From the NCBI RefSeq assembly GCF_000179635.2, contig NC_014833.1, positions 2,880,001-2,912,000 on the forward strand: 32,000 bases of DNA, in the 5' to 3' direction. The notes below the pieces were generated by a model. The model saw only the letters and a program-made list of their open reading frames with translations. It did no database searches and was not told where the DNA came from. The position numbers and the translations under genes are program-made. Position 1 is the stretch's first letter. Every line of letters begins with the position of its first letter. Of this stretch, positions 8,190 through 15,836 are shown one piece after another. This stretch comes from Ruminococcus albus 7 = DSM 20455 (GTDB lineage: Bacteria; Bacillota; Clostridia; Oscillospirales; Ruminococcaceae).

Positions 8190-9008
8190 ATGCAGCTATA
8201 TATATCAGATCTGGACGGTACACTGCTTGACAGGAACGCAGAGATCACCGAGTATACCAAAACCGCACTGAACAGGCTTATTGCCAAGGGTATGAACTTT
8301 ACAGTCGCAACAGCCCGTACCTACAGCTCGGCAGGGCGGATACTGGCAGGGCTTAACCTGCAGCTGCCGATCGTACTAATGAACGGGGTGCTGATATATC
8401 ACCCTGTCCGCCACGAGTACGAAGTGATAAACACGCTCGCAGACGCAGATGCCGAAAAGATCATATCCCTTTGCGGGGAGCATGGACTGTCACCATTCAT
8501 GTACCTGATGAACGGAAGCGTTATGTCAACGGCGTACAGCAAGCTCACCAATCAGGCGATGAAGGATTTTCTTGATGAGCGTGTACAGAAGTACGGCAAG
8601 GCTTTCATACATACTGACAACCTGACAGAGACGGAGGGTGATGTGATATACTTCTGTTTTCTGGATGACTACGAGAAACTGGCACCCATGCAGGAGATAC
8701 TTTCCGGTATGCCCTCCCTGAAAACTGCGTTCTATCACGATATTTACGGTGACGAATGGTATCTTGAAGTATTCAGCGCAGAGGCTTCAAAGGAATCCGG
8801 TGTCAGGTATCTGCGTGAAAAGTACGGGTTTGAGAAGATAACCGCATTCGGAGACAATCTGAACGACCTGCCGATGTTCGCGGCGGCAGACGAGCGCATA
8901 GCCGTAAGCAACGCGGCAGAGGAACTTATAAAAACAAGCCACAGGGTCATCGGTGCGAACACTGAGGACGGTGTGGCGAAGTATCTGGAGGAACTATACA
9001 ATGGCTAG
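8190..9008 (+). CDS. Cof-type HAD-IIB family hydrolase (sugar phosphatase-like)
   Basis: Motif I is DLDGTLL at the N-terminus and motif IV is GDNLNDLPM near the C-terminus. AAGGAGAA SD. Confidence 0.9.
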   Translation: MQLYISDLDGTLLDRNAEITEYTKTALNRLIAKGMNFTVATARTYSSAGRILAGLNLQLPIVLMNGVLIYHPVRHEYEVINTLADADAEKIISLCGEHGLSPFMYLMNGSVMSTAYSKLTNQAMKDFLDERVQKYGKAFIHTDNLTETEGDVIYFCFLDDYEKLAPMQEILSGMPSLKTAFYHDIYGDEWYLEVFSAEASKESGVRYLREKYGFEKITAFGDNLNDLPMFAAADERIAVSNAAEELIKTSHRVIGANTEDGVAKYLEELYNG

Positions 9009-9786
9009 AATGTACCCTCTGTTCTCATCAAGCAGCGGAAACTGCACTTACATAGGCGATGAAAAGTCAGGGATACTCGTTGATGCAGGTGTCAGCTGCA
9101 AAAAGATATGCACTGCCCTGGAAAATGCAGGCATAGGTACCTCTGCAGTAAAGGCGGTGCTTGTCACCCATACCCACACCGACCACATCTCAGGGCTGAA
9201 GGTACTTACCAAGAAGCTGAAAGTTCCTGTATACTCTGTTTCGGGAAATCTTGAATTGCTGGCAGAGAAGGACAAGGTCTGCGAGGGGTGCGTGCTGGAA
9301 GAACTTGGTGAAGGTACAGAAGATATCGGCGGTTTCGGAGTGACAGCTTTTATGACACCCCATGATACACCCGTAAGCTGCGGATTCAGGATAACCGTTC
9401 CCGGAGGTGCTGACTGTGCGGTATGCACAGACTTAGGTATCGTGACCGATGATATTCATGAACAGCTGATAAAGTGCAGACTGGTACTACTGGAATCAAA
9501 TTACGATCCGAGGATGCTGAAATACGGTCCTTACCCCGAAGAACTAAAATCACGCATAGCTTCTGATCACGGGCACCTTTCAAACGGCGACTGCGGCAGA
9601 GAGCTTGTAAGGCTCGTAAAAGCAGGAGTTTACAGCTTTGTGCTGGGGCATATAAGTCAGCACAACAACACACCTCAGCTGGCTGAAGGCGCTGCAGTAA
9701 AGGCTCTTTGTGAGTATACCCGCGGCGATGATTACCTGCTGACGGCAGCAAAGCCTGAGGGCACAGGAAGGGCGGTGGTCTTTTAA
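9001..9786 (+). CDS. MBL-fold metallo-hydrolase (YycJ/WalJ-like)
   Basis: Start MARMYPLFSSSSGN at 9001 overlaps the HAD stop. HTHTDH metal motif. As in Bacillus, it sits beside rlmH. The 16-codon extension in the ORF track is unsupported. Confidence 0.9.
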   Translation: MARMYPLFSSSSGNCTYIGDEKSGILVDAGVSCKKICTALENAGIGTSAVKAVLVTHTHTDHISGLKVLTKKLKVPVYSVSGNLELLAEKDKVCEGCVLEELGEGTEDIGGFGVTAFMTPHDTPVSCGFRITVPGGADCAVCTDLGIVTDDIHEQLIKCRLVLLESNYDPRMLKYGPYPEELKSRIASDHGHLSNGDCGRELVRLVKAGVYSFVLGHISQHNNTPQLAEGAAVKALCEYTRGDDYLLTAAKPEGTGRAVVF

Positions 9787-10271
9787 TGATAAGAGTGAAT
9801 CTTATTACAGTAGGCAAGCTTAAAGAGAAGTACTGGCGTGATGCTGCTGCGGAATACATCAAGCGTCTGGGGGCTTTCTGCAAGGCGGAGATAGTTGAAC
9901 TTAATGAATACCGACTTCCCGATTCCCCTTCCGACAAGGAGATACAGACAGCCCTCGAGAACGAGGCTGCTTCAATGGAGAAATATCTCAGTGTGAACGG
10001 TGCATACAATATTGCCATGTGCATAGAAGGCAAACAGCTTACCAGCGAAGAACTTTCTGCCGCCATGACTGACTGCGGAACGCGTGGTTATTCAACACTG
10101 AATTTCATTATCGGCTCATCCTTCGGAATTGCACCCTCGGTAAAGCAAAGGGCGGATATGAAGCTTTCAATGTCGAAGATGACATTCCCTCATCAGCTGG
10201 CAAGGATACTTCTGCTGGAGCAGATATACCGCGGATTCCAGATAGAGAAGGGATCCAAATACCACAAGTGA
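9786..10271 (+). CDS. rlmH: 23S rRNA (pseudouridine1915-N3)-methyltransferase RlmH
   Basis: 161 aa SPOUT protein. MIRVNLITVGKLKEKYW...SKMTFPHQLARILLLEQIYRG is typical RlmH. Its ATG overlaps the preceding stop (TAATG). Confidence 0.95.
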   Translation: MIRVNLITVGKLKEKYWRDAAAEYIKRLGAFCKAEIVELNEYRLPDSPSDKEIQTALENEAASMEKYLSVNGAYNIAMCIEGKQLTSEELSAAMTDCGTRGYSTLNFIIGSSFGIAPSVKQRADMKLSMSKMTFPHQLARILLLEQIYRGFQIEKGSKYHK

Positions 10272-10276
10272 TTGTT

Positions 10277-10457
10277 TGATTCATAATCTGATTATCCCGT
10301 TTACACACCAATTAATTTGGTGTAATATCAAAACTAGAAATAATCGGCGGTTATCCTTCCCCCGCCGCAGGCGGGGGAAGGATAACATCAACACGATGAT
10401 TCATTGTTATATAGCATTTTGTAATGGTGTGTTAAAGGGATAACCATGATTCATAAT
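10277..10457. repeat. MITE-like element candidate: 11-bp direct repeats flanking 20-bp terminal inverted repeats and a 16-bp perfect central hairpin
   Basis: TGATTCATAAT occurs at 10277-10287 and 10447-10457. The inverted repeats are GATTATCCCGTTTACACACC (10290-10309) and GGTGTGTTAAAGGGATAACC (10426-10445), complementary at 17/20 positions. The central stem is GTTATCCTTCCCCCGC (10350-10365) / GCGGGGGAAGGATAAC (10371-10386). Confidence 0.5.
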
Positions 10458-10551
10458 TATTGACAGAATCGGAAGATAGGCTTCTTGCTAAACTATGCTT
10501 TCACCAAAATGTCTTTAAGCATGATTTTTGAACAGTATCCCATATATAGCA

Positions 10552-10584
10552 AAAGACACTTTCGTTTGGTGCGAAAGTGTCTTT
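10552..10584 (-). terminator. stem-loop downstream of the sigma-factor gene
   Basis: AAAGACACTTTCG - 7 nt loop - CGAAAGTGTCTTT, a 13-bp perfect stem immediately 3' of the stop at 10592. Confidence 0.7.
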
Positions 10585-10591
10585 ACTATTT

Positions 10592-11146
10592 TTAAGAGAG
10601 GATAATGCCTTTTTTCATAAGTTCCTTGCCCAGTTTTTTCTTGCGGCGGGACAGGATATTTTCTGCCTTTTTAGGTTTAATGTTATGCTTTTCTGCGATA
10701 TCTCTTATGGTCAGGCGGAAGTAATAACGCTCTATAAAGATCTCACGTTCGGGAGAGGGCATCTCGCGTATAGTTTCGGCTATTATGCGCATATTCACCT
10801 TTTTAGCGGCTTCGTCCTCATAATCGATATCTATGCCCAGATCGTTTTCCTTTTCGGAGATATCATCGGTATTTGCATGACGTGCAGTACTGCGGCGCTT
10901 GTCCTCGGCGCAGCTTCTCGCCACCATACTTATGTACCCTTTAAGGCTTCGTTTTTCTGTATCTATGGAAGACCTGTTGCGCCACACCTTAAAAAAGGTG
11001 TCCTGCACAGCTTCCTCGATATCGGCGCTGCCCCTGACCGACTGTGAGATTATGAAGCTCACGAGTGTTTTATATCTTTCCATCAGCGCATCAAGTGCTG
11101 AGGTATCATTCTGCTGCATCAGAGCCAATATCTCTTCATCTGTCAT
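10592..11146 (-). CDS. sigma-70 family RNA polymerase sigma factor (ECF-like, regions 2 and 4)
   Basis: Region 2 is ...DIEEAVQDTFFKVWRN and region 4 HTH is REIFIERYYFRLTIRDIAEKHNIKPKKAENILSR. 184 aa. Confidence 0.9.
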   Translation of the reverse strand: MTDEEILALMQQNDTSALDALMERYKTLVSFIISQSVRGSADIEEAVQDTFFKVWRNRSSIDTEKRSLKGYISMVARSCAEDKRRSTARHANTDDISEKENDLGIDIDYEDEAAKKVNMRIIAETIREMPSPEREIFIERYYFRLTIRDIAEKHNIKPKKAENILSRRKKKLGKELMKKGIILS

Positions 11147-11180
11147 GGGGTCACCGCCTTTCTTTTAGTATTTTTAGATA

Positions 11181-13013
11181 TTATTTTACAGGGATAACAA
11201 CTGAACCTACATGGATAGCCTTGACCTTACGCGCATCGAAGGGAGCGTCAAGGCAATCGAATACCATAATATAACCTTTTTCAATTTTTCCGTTTTTATC
11301 AGGCTTTTCAGTATTCATTATATCAACAGTTTTAAATTGAGGAATCTCTATGTTACCGTCATCTAATTCAAGTTTTATAAAGTCGTAATCACAGTCAAGC
11401 TGGTTTACCTGATTATTGTCACTATTACCTGCCATCTTATTTTTCTCAGCTTGTGCCATCCAAGTCAATGTAAGATCATCACGGAGCTCATCAAGTTCTT
11501 TGCCGCCAAATATTTCAGCCATTATCTCACAATTTGAAAAATAAATGTCTCCCACTTTATATTTCATTTTTTTGGGTTCTTGTTTCACCGCATACTCGTT
11601 GATATCCCACGCACCATTTGTTAACTCATTAGCCATGGCTCCAAAATCCGGGAAACCAAGATCCAATTCTTCAAAGATTTCCGCTTTAAGAACAGCTTCA
11701 AACACACCATCATATCTTATCTCTGTATTATCATCTTTTGTCGAAGACATATCACTAAGCCTTATAATAATGTTTGAATCTTCATCAACGGCATCTTCAT
11801 CAATGCTCAACCAATCTGCATATATAGTATATATAGCCGTATCATTGCTTACACTTACCAAATGTGATACTTCGGGTTTGACTGATTCATCTCCTACAAA
11901 TACCTCAAGTAACGAATCATTCAGGATTTTTTCAGGGTCTGATATACCTTCTGCAAAATCACTACCGTCCTTGTTTTTGATAACAATATCAAACACGGAA
12001 CTGTTCGTAGAACTGCACATACGTACATCACACAGGCTGATATCAAGACCTTCAAAGCCTTCTTTTATCTCACCGACTTTGCTTTCCATCGGAAAAACAT
12101 TATTCTTGGCAAGTTCGTAATCATAGCCGTGGATATCATAGAAAAGTTTAGCATAGGCTTCATTTGCCAGTTTTTCCTCGTTAACTGGCTGAGAACCGAA
12201 TACATCACCCAGCTTGAATTCAGCTGTGAAAAGACCTTCAAGCGGTTCATCGTAATCATCCATAAACAAATATCTTATTTCATAATGAACTGTACTATCA
12301 GCATTAAGAACTTCTGATGCTTCGGGATAATCTTCATAGGGATCGAATCCTTCATCTGCTGCACAAACATGGGCATCAAGATCAATAGTAAACATACCTA
12401 CTGCTTTATCACCGAAGATATGCATCGACAAACCATCACTGCCGCCTGATAAATTATAGCCATCTATAACAACATCACCTTTAAAAGCTATATACTCCAG
12501 ATCTTTCGGTAGATCGCTGCCATCCTTGGTCTGCATGGCAACAAGTACGCTGTATTCACTGCCATTTACCAGCACCCCGGGCACCCAGATATCGTAATTA
12601 TCAAAGCCCTCGGTAACAGTACCTAACTTGCTGTCCATGATATGCAAGCCATCACCCATTGTAGTGATATCCATATCTATGTCTTCAAAAAAGCGTTTGG
12701 CTAACTCATAGTTCAGTTCTTCTTCGGGATTTCGTTCCTGTTGTGTTGTGTCCTCGGCATCGGTAGTAACTGTGCTGCTTTCATTCGGTGCTGCAGGTTC
12801 GGAGATATCGTTTCCCCTGTAATGTATCGCACCTGCCACAGCTACGACAGCGCAGGCTGCTATAGCAACAGCCGCGGAGGCTTTGTTCTTTATTTTAGCT
12901 TTACCGTTCTGCACATTGGTTTTTATTTTATTTTCTTCGCTGTTATTCATATCAAGACCTCCCGTCATTTCTTCAAGGGGGATGTCCTTTAGAAGTTCTG
13001 TTAAATTTTTCAC
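11181..13013 (-). CDS. single-pass membrane protein with repeated ectodomain modules; candidate anti-sigma factor (DUF4179-like architecture)
   Basis: GTG start at 13013 ((M)KNLTELLKDIPLEEM...) has AAGGAGGA 6 nt upstream. About 48 aa are cytoplasmic, followed by a TM helix (AAVAIAACAVVAVAGAI) and a large ectodomain with at least two similar modules (ELAKRFFEDI...KLGTVTEGFDNYDI...QTKDGSDL and EAYAKLFYDI...KVGEIKEGFEGLDI...KNKDGSDF). The gene ends 34 nt before the sigma gene. The CDS call is solid; the anti-sigma role is inference. Confidence 0.6.
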   Translation of the reverse strand: MKNLTELLKDIPLEEMTGGLDMNNSEENKIKTNVQNGKAKIKNKASAAVAIAACAVVAVAGAIHYRGNDISEPAAPNESSTVTTDAEDTTQQERNPEEELNYELAKRFFEDIDMDITTMGDGLHIMDSKLGTVTEGFDNYDIWVPGVLVNGSEYSVLVAMQTKDGSDLPKDLEYIAFKGDVVIDGYNLSGGSDGLSMHIFGDKAVGMFTIDLDAHVCAADEGFDPYEDYPEASEVLNADSTVHYEIRYLFMDDYDEPLEGLFTAEFKLGDVFGSQPVNEEKLANEAYAKLFYDIHGYDYELAKNNVFPMESKVGEIKEGFEGLDISLCDVRMCSSTNSSVFDIVIKNKDGSDFAEGISDPEKILNDSLLEVFVGDESVKPEVSHLVSVSNDTAIYTIYADWLSIDEDAVDEDSNIIIRLSDMSSTKDDNTEIRYDGVFEAVLKAEIFEELDLGFPDFGAMANELTNGAWDINEYAVKQEPKKMKYKVGDIYFSNCEIMAEIFGGKELDELRDDLTLTWMAQAEKNKMAGNSDNNQVNQLDCDYDFIKLELDDGNIEIPQFKTVDIMNTEKPDKNGKIEKGYIMVFDCLDAPFDARKVKAIHVGSVVIPVK

Positions 13014-13105
13014 TAGGTATCCTCCTTTTCTTAGTTCTGAAAGATCTTTCATATACATATACGGATGAAAATTAAAAACCACTCACTTTTTGAAATAATA
13101 TTTTC

Positions 13106-13142
13106 AAAAAAAAGCGTGTACCCGCTTGTGACGGATACACGC
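13106..13142 (-). terminator. rho-independent terminator after rplA
   Basis: The minus strand reads GCGTGTATCCG tcacaa GCGGGTACACGC followed by TTTTTTTT. Confidence 0.8.
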
Positions 13143-13154
13143 ATAAGTTTTTTA

Positions 13155-13850
13155 TTAGTTGCCGTACTTAGCAGTATTTACTCTGATACCAACGCCCATT
13201 GTAGAAGCGACGGTGATGCTCTTCAGATACTGACCCTTTGCAGCTGCAGGCTTAGCCTTAACTACTGCATCAACGAGAGTATTGAAGTTCTGCTCGAGCT
13301 TCTCAACGCCGAAGGAAGCCTTGCCGATTGGGCAGTGGATGATGTTGGTCTTATCAAGTCTGTACTCGATCTTACCAGCCTTAGCATCGGTAACTGCCTT
13401 TGCAACATCGGGAGTAACTGTGCCTGCCTTGGGGTTAGGCATCAGACCACGAGGTCCGAGGACCTTACCGAGTCTACCAACAACGCCCATCATATCGGGA
13501 GAAGCGATAACTACGTCGAAATCCATCCAGTTTTCCTTGGTGATCTTGTCAACGAATTCCATGCCGCCTGCATACTCAGCGCCAGCTGCCTTTGCAGCCT
13601 CGATCTTGTCTTCCTTGCAGAATACCAGAACTCTAACCTTCTTACCTGTACCGTTAGGAAGAACAACTGCGCCTCTGACCTGCTGATCAGCGTGTCTGGA
13701 GTCAACGCCCAGACGGATATGCAGCTCGATAGTCTCATCGAACTTAGCCTTTGCATTGCTTGCTGCGAGCTCAAGAGCTTCGTTTGCATCATACTGCTTA
13801 GCTCTGTCAACTACCTTGGCAGCGTCAACATACTTCTTGCCGTGTTTCAT
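13155..13850 (-). CDS. rplA: 50S ribosomal protein L1
   Basis: 231 aa reading [15 protein letters not shown]...[13 protein letters not shown]..., unmistakably L1. Confidence 0.98.
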   Translation of the reverse strand: MKHGKKYVDAAKVVDRAKQYDANEALELAASNAKAKFDETIELHIRLGVDSRHADQQVRGAVVLPNGTGKKVRVLVFCKEDKIEAAKAAGAEYAGGMEFVDKITKENWMDFDVVIASPDMMGVVGRLGKVLGPRGLMPNPKAGTVTPDVAKAVTDAKAGKIEYRLDKTNIIHCPIGKASFGVEKLEQNFNTLVDAVVKAKPAAAKGQYLKSITVASTMGVGIRVNTAKYGN

Positions 13851-13865
13851 TCTTTATACCTCCCC

Positions 13866-14291
13866 TCAGTCCTCAACTACAACGCCCATAGAGCGGCAGG
13901 TACCTGCGATCATGCTCATAGCGCTTTCGATGTTAGCAGCGTTAAGATCGGGCATCTTCTGCTCAGCGATCTGCTTAACCTGCTCCTTCTTGATAGTTGC
14001 GACCTTAGTCTTGTTGGGCACGCCCGAACCGGACTCGATCTTGCAAGCCTTCTTGATCAGAACAGCTGCAGGGGGAGTCTTGGTGATGAATGTAAAGGAT
14101 CTGTCAGCATAAACTGTGATAACAACAGGGATGATCAGACCGATATCGTTCTTGGTTCTCTCGTTGAAATCCTTTGTGAATGCCATAATGTTAACGCCGT
14201 GCTGACCCAGTGCAGGACCAACAGGGGGAGCAGGAGTTGCCTTTCCTGCGGGGATCTGAAGCTTGATATAGCCTACTACCTTCTGTGCCAT
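13866..14291 (-). CDS. rplK: 50S ribosomal protein L11
   Basis: 141 aa reading [36 protein letters not shown]..., unmistakably L11. Confidence 0.98.
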   Translation of the reverse strand: MAQKVVGYIKLQIPAGKATPAPPVGPALGQHGVNIMAFTKDFNERTKNDIGLIIPVVITVYADRSFTFITKTPPAAVLIKKACKIESGSGVPNKTKVATIKKEQVKQIAEQKMPDLNAANIESAMSMIAGTCRSMGVVVED

Positions 14292-14402
14292 TATATTGCA
14301 CCTCCATAATTAAGTGGTAAGGCGAGCCTTTTGGCTCTCCCACGTTTCCGGAAGTATTACTTCCATGTACCTTCTGTCGGGGACTTTCACCCCGTGCTGT
14401 TC

Positions 14403-14930
14403 TCAGTCCTCTTTTCTCAGCTGAGTGAGAGGCAGTGTTACTGTTGTTTCTCTGCCGAACATAGACACTGTTACATCTGCCGCAGCATTTTCCAGATCAA
14501 GTGAGGATACTGTACCGCTCATACCATCGAAGGAACCGCCGACCATGATAACATCGTCGCCGACTGCGATATCGGTTCTTACTGTCTGTGTTCCCACATC
14601 TACGCCAAGCGCCTCAACTTCCCTGTCGGAAAGCGGCACAGGCTTGCTTCCGGGACCTACGAAACCTGTAACGCCTCTGGTATTCCTTACTATATACCAG
14701 CTGTCATCTGTCAGGACCATTTTTACCAGCACATAGCTGGGAAACAGCTTCTTTTCTGCTTCAACGGTCTTTTCGCCCTTTATCTCGGTGACGGTCTCCA
14801 TAGGGATCCTCACCTCGGGTATAAGATCGTGGAGCTTACGGTTTTCAACGACCTTTTCAATATTCTGGGCTACCTTATTCTCATAGCCGGAATAGGTGTG
14901 TACTACATACCACTTTGCTTCTTCTGCCAT
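14403..14930 (-). CDS. nusG: transcription termination/antitermination factor NusG
   Basis: 175 aa. NGN domain (KWYVVHTYSGYENKV) and KOW motif (GDDVIMVGGSFDGMSGTV). Confidence 0.97.
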   Translation of the reverse strand: MAEEAKWYVVHTYSGYENKVAQNIEKVVENRKLHDLIPEVRIPMETVTEIKGEKTVEAEKKLFPSYVLVKMVLTDDSWYIVRNTRGVTGFVGPGSKPVPLSDREVEALGVDVGTQTVRTDIAVGDDVIMVGGSFDGMSGTVSSLDLENAAADVTVSMFGRETTVTLPLTQLRKED

Positions 14931-14977
14931 GTCTGATTAAACCTCCGTATTGATGTCGTTCATACCGTCGCAGACAT

Positions 14978-15232
14978 TTAGCCTGCTCCCAGACCGATAA
15001 GCTGCTTTATAGCGTAGCTCAGTCCGGTGTCGACTGCGAAAAGGAACAGACCTACTACTGACATTACCACCAGTACAACACCCGTATTGTTTACGACCTG
15101 CTGTCTTGTGGGCCATACGACCTTTTTCAGCTCAGCGCGAAGCTCTTTGAAATACTTCTTGAGTCCGCCCTTGCTTTTTTCCTCATTCGCATTCTTTTTG
15201 TTAGACTTTGTGTCCTTAGCGTCCTTAGCCAT
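14978..15232 (-). CDS. secE: preprotein translocase subunit SecE
   Basis: 84 aa with a basic N-terminus, the conserved ELKKVVWPTRQQV segment and a single C-terminal TM helix. It occupies the canonical position between rpmG and nusG. Confidence 0.9.
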   Translation of the reverse strand: MAKDAKDTKSNKKNANEEKSKGGLKKYFKELRAELKKVVWPTRQQVVNNTGVVLVVMSVVGLFLFAVDTGLSYAIKQLIGLGAG

Positions 15233-15250
15233 AGCTAACTCCTTTCAGAA

Positions 15251-15400
15251 TCACTTAGTCTCTTTGTGAAGAGTGTGCTTCTTGCAGAACTTGCAGTACT
15301 TATTCATCTCAAGTCTGTCAGGGTCATTCTTCTTGTTCTTCTTGGTGTTGTAGTTTCTCTGCTTGCATTCTGTGCAGGCGAGGGTGATCTTAACTCTCAT
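15251..15400 (-). CDS. rpmG: 50S ribosomal protein L33 (49 aa)
   Basis: Not in the ORF track (under 60 aa). The reverse complement reads [55 protein letters not shown] lies 7 nt upstream. Confidence 0.93.
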   Translation of the reverse strand: MRVKITLACTECKQRNYNTKKNKKNDPDRLEMNKYCKFCKKHTLHKETK

Positions 15401-15578
15401 TTCGGCACCTCCTGACGAAATTTATACCCCTTAAAGAACGATCGGGGTACGTCTTTGCCTCCCTCATGCGCATCCAAGCGCAAATGCCGCACCTTACGGC
15501 ATTCTGAGGTAACTTATGATTTTCTGCATCCGTATTTTTTACGGCGCAAAAAAATAGACCTCATAAAGAGGTACAAAC

Positions 15579-15607
15579 ATTATAACATATACAGACTCCG
15601 ATGTCAA
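15579..15607 (-). promoter_or_regulatory. consensus sigma-A promoter for rpmG-secE-nusG
   Basis: The minus strand reads TTGACA - 17 nt - TATAAT with a TGt extended -10. This implies a leader of about 170 nt before rpmG. Confidence 0.75.
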
Positions 15608-15836
15608 GTGTCGGAACGTTTAAATTGTAAACATTATGTAAATTATCATGACCGACGTGTTTTTCCGCCGCCTGACACGGGCATATTATCTCACGGAGAA
15701 TAATTGTGTAAAGTTTTTTATTATTGTCATTTAACTATCACATTCACGCGTATAATTTATATTATCGGTCAGTGAAGGTGTATCCCTACGGATATACTAT
15801 ATCACGTTTCAGAAGATCTGTCAAGGAGGGCGTTTT

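Noticed and set aside
13065-14309. 414-aa plus-strand ORF, the longest unassigned ORF in the track
   Set aside because: It is the antisense shadow of rplA and rplK, whose minus-strand translations are unmistakable. The plus-strand product is Ser/Leu/Cys-rich low-complexity sequence with no SD.
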